The notes beneath the pieces were generated by a model. It had not been told where the DNA came from and ran no database searches. It saw only the letters and a program-made list of their open reading frames with translations. A stretch of 64,000 nt of DNA. Origin: an uncultured Chloroflexia bacterium (lineage in GTDB: Bacteria > Chloroflexota > Limnocylindria > Limnocylindrales > CSP1-4). Shown here piece by piece: positions 60,507-64,000 of this stretch. The stretch covers positions 544,001 to 608,000 of the forward strand of contig CAWEZH010000002.1 of NCBI GenBank assembly GCA_963813535.1, given 5' to 3'. Positions within the stretch are counted from its first letter, which is position 1. Each line of letters starts with the position of its first letter. Made by a program: the position numbers and the translations under genes.

Positions 60507-61729
60507 ACGTCTACCGGATGCCCGGGCTCGTGCTCACGGAGCGCGAGCACACGGTCCCCCTCGATCACGCCGCACAGGACGGCGCGACCATCACGGTCTT
60601 CACGCGCGAGGTCGCCGCCCCGGACGGTACCGATCGACCGTACCTCGTGTTCCTGCAGGGCGGTCCAGGGTTCGAGGCAACGCGCCCGACGAGTCCGCCG
60701 ACCGGCTGGCTGAAGCGCGCCCTGCTCGACTATCGGGTGCTGCTGCTCGATCAACGAGGCACCGGGCGATCGACGCCGGTCGGTCCGGAGGTCCCGGGTG
60801 ACACCCCGGACCGGCAGGCCGAATACCTGACGCACTTCCGGGCCGACTCGATCGTCCGCGACTGCGAGGCGATCCGCCGCGAGCTGGGCATCGACCGATG
60901 GAGCATCCTCGGGCAGAGCTTCGGTGGGTTCACCTCGATGGCGTACCTATCGACCGCGCCGGAAGGGTTGGCGGAAGCGTTCATCACCGGCGGTCTCTCG
61001 CCGATCGGGCGTCCGGTCGACGACATCTATGGCGCGACCTACCGGCGGCTGCGCACGTCCAACGAGCGCTACTTCGCGCGATACCCCGACGATCGTGCGC
61101 GGGTCCACGACATCCTCCGTCGCCTCGAGGACGAGGATGTCCGCCTCCCCTCGGGTGATCGCCTCACAGCCCGGCGCTTCCGGCAGCTCGGGATGTGGCT
61201 GGGCGACAGCGCCGGGTTCGAGCTGCTGCACCATGTCGTGGAGCTGCCGTTCGGATCGCCGGCATTCCTGCACGACGCGGACGTTCCCGCTCGGTTCGAG
61301 CGGAACCCGATCTACGCGACCCTCCACGAGTCGTCGTACGCCGACGGCGTGCCGACTCGCTGGTCCGCGCATCGCCTGCTCCCCGACGAGATCGAGACGA
61401 AGGGCTACCTGACCGCAGAGCACGTCTTCCCCTGGATGTGGGAGGACTACGCGGGTCTGCGCGGTCACCGGGCGGCGGCGGACCTGCTGGCGGAGCACGT
61501 GTGGCCACGCCTGTACGACGCCGAGCGGCTCGAACGGAACGAGGTCCCCGTCGCCGCGACGATCTACGTCAATGATCTCTATGTCGAGCGCGACTTCGCC
61601 GAGGAGACCGCGGCGACCATCCGTGGGATCCGCATCTGGCAGACGGACGAGTACGAGCACAACGGGCTGCGCGCCGACGGTGAGCGGGTGCTCGGCCGCC
61701 TCATCGACATGGTCCGGGGCCACGCCTGA
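60503..61729 (+). CDS. Proline iminopeptidase (alpha/beta hydrolase)
   Basis: LQGGPG, DQRGTG, GQSFGG, NDLYV, EHNG. Confidence 0.9.
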   Translation: MNVYRMPGLVLTEREHTVPLDHAAQDGATITVFTREVAAPDGTDRPYLVFLQGGPGFEATRPTSPPTGWLKRALLDYRVLLLDQRGTGRSTPVGPEVPGDTPDRQAEYLTHFRADSIVRDCEAIRRELGIDRWSILGQSFGGFTSMAYLSTAPEGLAEAFITGGLSPIGRPVDDIYGATYRRLRTSNERYFARYPDDRARVHDILRRLEDEDVRLPSGDRLTARRFRQLGMWLGDSAGFELLHHVVELPFGSPAFLHDADVPARFERNPIYATLHESSYADGVPTRWSAHRLLPDEIETKGYLTAEHVFPWMWEDYAGLRGHRAAADLLAEHVWPRLYDAERLERNEVPVAATIYVNDLYVERDFAEETAATIRGIRIWQTDEYEHNGLRADGERVLGRLIDMVRGHA

Positions 61730-62358
61730 TGCCGGCCGAGAAGGACGAGGGCCTCAAACGGCTCGGCGGCGGTCGCTGGCAGACGCGGGACGAGCGGTTC
61801 ACGATCGAGCCGCAATCGGGGACCTGGGCGGTCGTCGATGCCGAGCAGACGGACGACCTCGGTTTACCGCTCGTGCGCGGGCCGTTCGGCAGCCTCGGAG
61901 CGGCGAAGGAGGCGATCGCCGCGGCTCGCGATACGGATGCGCCGGCGTCGCCGCTGAAGGATCGGAAGCCCAAGCCCGCGCCGGCGGCCTCGAAGGCGGC
62001 GGCGTCCCGGAAGACGAAGAAGGCCGAAGCGCCGAAAGAGCCCGAGGAGCCGCGCTGGCTACGGGACCTCGACCCGGCCGACCGCCGCCGGGCGACGCGC
62101 CTGATCGACCGCCTGACGGAAGCCGGTGCATCTGATCCCGAAGGCATGGTCCGTCGCGACGTCGTCGGCGAGGTCCCCACCGTCGCGGCATTCGCCGTCG
62201 CGAGGGCGATCCGGGCGCTCGGCCCGAAGGCGACGGTCGGCGAGGTCGCCGATGCGCTCAGCGACGGCCGTGATGCCGAGCTGAGCGTCCGCTGGCGCCT
62301 CGTCGACGCCGACGGTCGTGAGATCCGGCTCGACTCGGAGGTGTTCGACGACGACTGA
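61729..62358 (+). CDS. Hypothetical protein
   Basis: TGATG coupling to the upstream gene; two segments joined by a Lys/Ala/Pro linker. Confidence 0.65.
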   Translation: MPAEKDEGLKRLGGGRWQTRDERFTIEPQSGTWAVVDAEQTDDLGLPLVRGPFGSLGAAKEAIAAARDTDAPASPLKDRKPKPAPAASKAAASRKTKKAEAPKEPEEPRWLRDLDPADRRRATRLIDRLTEAGASDPEGMVRRDVVGEVPTVAAFAVARAIRALGPKATVGEVADALSDGRDAELSVRWRLVDADGREIRLDSEVFDDD

Positions 62359-63196
62359 GAGGCTCGATCGCAGCGGCTACGAGGTCGAGGTCGACGAACG
62401 GTTCGACGGGCCTGAGCTCGACGGGCGCCTCTGGCTTCGACACTACCTGCCCCACTGGAGCTCGCGGGAGGCGACGCAAGCACGGTTCGACCTCGGGGGA
62501 GGCGAGCTTCGCCTGCGCATCGACGCCGACCAGCGACCGTGGAATCCCGAACACGACGGCTGGCTGCGCGTCTCGGGCCTGCAGACCGGCGAGTTCGCCG
62601 GTCCACCGGGCAGTCGCGCGGGTCAGCTCCAGTTCGCGGATGGCCTTCGGGTTCGCGAGGCGCAGCCGACCACGGCCCTGTACACCCCCCGCTACGGGCT
62701 GTTCGAGGTGCGTCTCAGGGCGATCGCCGACCCGATGAACATGGTGGCCCTGTGGATGATCGGCTTCGAGGATGCCCCCGAACGGTCGGCCGAGATCCTC
62801 ATCTGCGAGATCTTCGGTCGGGATATGACGCCGACCACCGCGCGGGTCGGGATGGGGCTCCGTCCGTGGGCCGATCCGGCGATCCGGGACGCCTTCGAAC
62901 AGGTGCCGATCGACATCGATGCCAGCGAGGCGCATTGGTATGCCGCTGCGTGGACGCCGGAGCGGGTTGCCTTCTACGTCGATGAGCGACTCGTGAAGGT
63001 CGTCGATCAGTCCCCGGCCTACCCGATGCAGTTCATGCTGACCCTGTACGAGTTCGGCGACGGACCGGAGCCTGCGTCGCCCGCCGACCGCTACCCCAAG
63101 GTGGCCGTGGTCGAGCGTTTCCGCGGTTGGCGCCGGACCACCGGACCGGGCGCCCGACCGCCTGCGTTCGAGGCGCCCGACATGTCGCAAGCCTAG
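62318..63196 (+). CDS. GH16-like glycoside hydrolase fold protein (start uncertain)
   Basis: DERFDG, YGLFEVR, ALWM, EILICE, YAAAWTPERVAFYVD. Confidence 0.7.
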   Translation: MRSGSTRRCSTTTERLDRSGYEVEVDERFDGPELDGRLWLRHYLPHWSSREATQARFDLGGGELRLRIDADQRPWNPEHDGWLRVSGLQTGEFAGPPGSRAGQLQFADGLRVREAQPTTALYTPRYGLFEVRLRAIADPMNMVALWMIGFEDAPERSAEILICEIFGRDMTPTTARVGMGLRPWADPAIRDAFEQVPIDIDASEAHWYAAAWTPERVAFYVDERLVKVVDQSPAYPMQFMLTLYEFGDGPEPASPADRYPKVAVVERFRGWRRTTGPGARPPAFEAPDMSQA

Positions 63197-63206
63197 GCTG
63201 GACGAC

Positions 63207-63470
63207 ATGGACGAGCTTCTCTCGACCGAGCAGGTCGGCTGGGTCCTCGAGCGGTCAGCCGGGTCGGTGCGCGACATGATTCGTGACGGCGAGCTCGAGG
63301 CGGTGCGGGTGCCGGCGGGGTTCCGCGTCCACAAGGACGAGGTGCTGCGCGTCGCTCGCGACCGGATCGAACTGGAGACCGGGCGCCGCCTATCGGATCG
63401 TCAGCTCGAGCGCCTCATCGACACGGTCATCGAGACGAACAGCGCCAGGACCGGCGCCGCTACGTCCTGA
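63207..63470 (+). CDS. Small excisionase/MerR-like HTH_17 DNA-binding protein
   Basis: LLSTEQV...V..MIRDGELEAVRV..GFRV. Confidence 0.7.
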   Translation: MDELLSTEQVGWVLERSAGSVRDMIRDGELEAVRVPAGFRVHKDEVLRVARDRIELETGRRLSDRQLERLIDTVIETNSARTGAATS

Positions 63471-63957
63471 CGAGCGGCCAGGAGATCTCGGTCCGCAGCG
63501 TCGATTGATCGGTCGCGCTACCCGGATCGTCGACATAGGCCTCCCACGCGCCAGGTCCGTCGTCGAATCCCGGCTGGGCGTGGATCCACTCGTGCAGGGC
63601 GTCGTAGGTGCCGCCGAGACCGTCATACGGCCCGACATGGACGGCGCGCGCCACAGGACCGGCCGGGAGCTCGGATCGACCAACCTCGCCCTCCTGGACC
63701 GACGCCAATGCAGGAAGGTCCGGTGCTCCACCGGCGACAGGGAAGCCGATCTCGACATCCACGACGTCCGGACCGAAGCGGTGATAGCGCGCGAACGGGG
63801 GACCGCCGATGGTCCCGCCGGTCTCCTGGATCCGCGATGCGACGAGCGGCATATTGCGGTCGAAGGCCGCTGCCAGATCGAGCTTGGCCATGGGTTGGGT
63901 GACACGGACGACCACGGTCGGCTGCGCCTCCACCTCGACGATCTCTGGATCGGTCAT
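63460..63957 (-). CDS. GyrI-like small-molecule-binding protein
   Basis: GPPFARYH, VEIGFPV, LPAG, HVGPYDGL, WEAY, RTEISWPL. Confidence 0.88.
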   Translation of the reverse strand: MTDPEIVEVEAQPTVVVRVTQPMAKLDLAAAFDRNMPLVASRIQETGGTIGGPPFARYHRFGPDVVDVEIGFPVAGGAPDLPALASVQEGEVGRSELPAGPVARAVHVGPYDGLGGTYDALHEWIHAQPGFDDGPGAWEAYVDDPGSATDQSTLRTEISWPLVRT

Positions 63958-64000
63958 GTCGGACTCACCTCCTCGAAGCGGGTCTCCCTGACGACCCGCC

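Noticed and set aside
63207-63470. Prophage or integrative element suggested by the excisionase-like HTH
   Set aside because: No integrase, att-like repeat, tRNA or phage genes in the window.

Overview
High-GC bacterial chromosome segment; gene order and features such as the short EF-Ts and short IF2 suggest Chloroflexota, possibly Limnocylindria (inference, not verified). About 1-41 kb is a housekeeping block: ftsY, ffh-rpsP-khpA-rimM-trmD-rplS-rnhB-yraN, rpsB-tsf-pyrH-frr-uppS-cdsA-dxr-rseP-ispG, nusA-ylxR-infB-rbfA-nrnA-truB-ribF, rpsO-pnp, asd-udg-rnj-ftsK-rodZ-cinA-murC, yajQ. About 41-64 kb is an accessory stretch of small detoxification, redox and regulatory genes. I saw no rRNA, tRNA, CRISPR array, integrase or transposase. 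Main observations: (1) PNPase carries an in-frame DnaQ-like DEDDh 3'-5' exonuclease domain with all catalytic motifs, inserted between its two RNase PH domains; (2) an unannotated His/Cys/Met-rich leader peptide with attenuator geometry sits upstream of a YnjE-like sulfurtransferase; (3) many genes look leaderless and three may use non-canonical start codons; (4) RNase HII, a class III cyclase and RibF have altered motifs; (5) an unannotated 34-aa membrane peptide; (6) two frameshifted genes.
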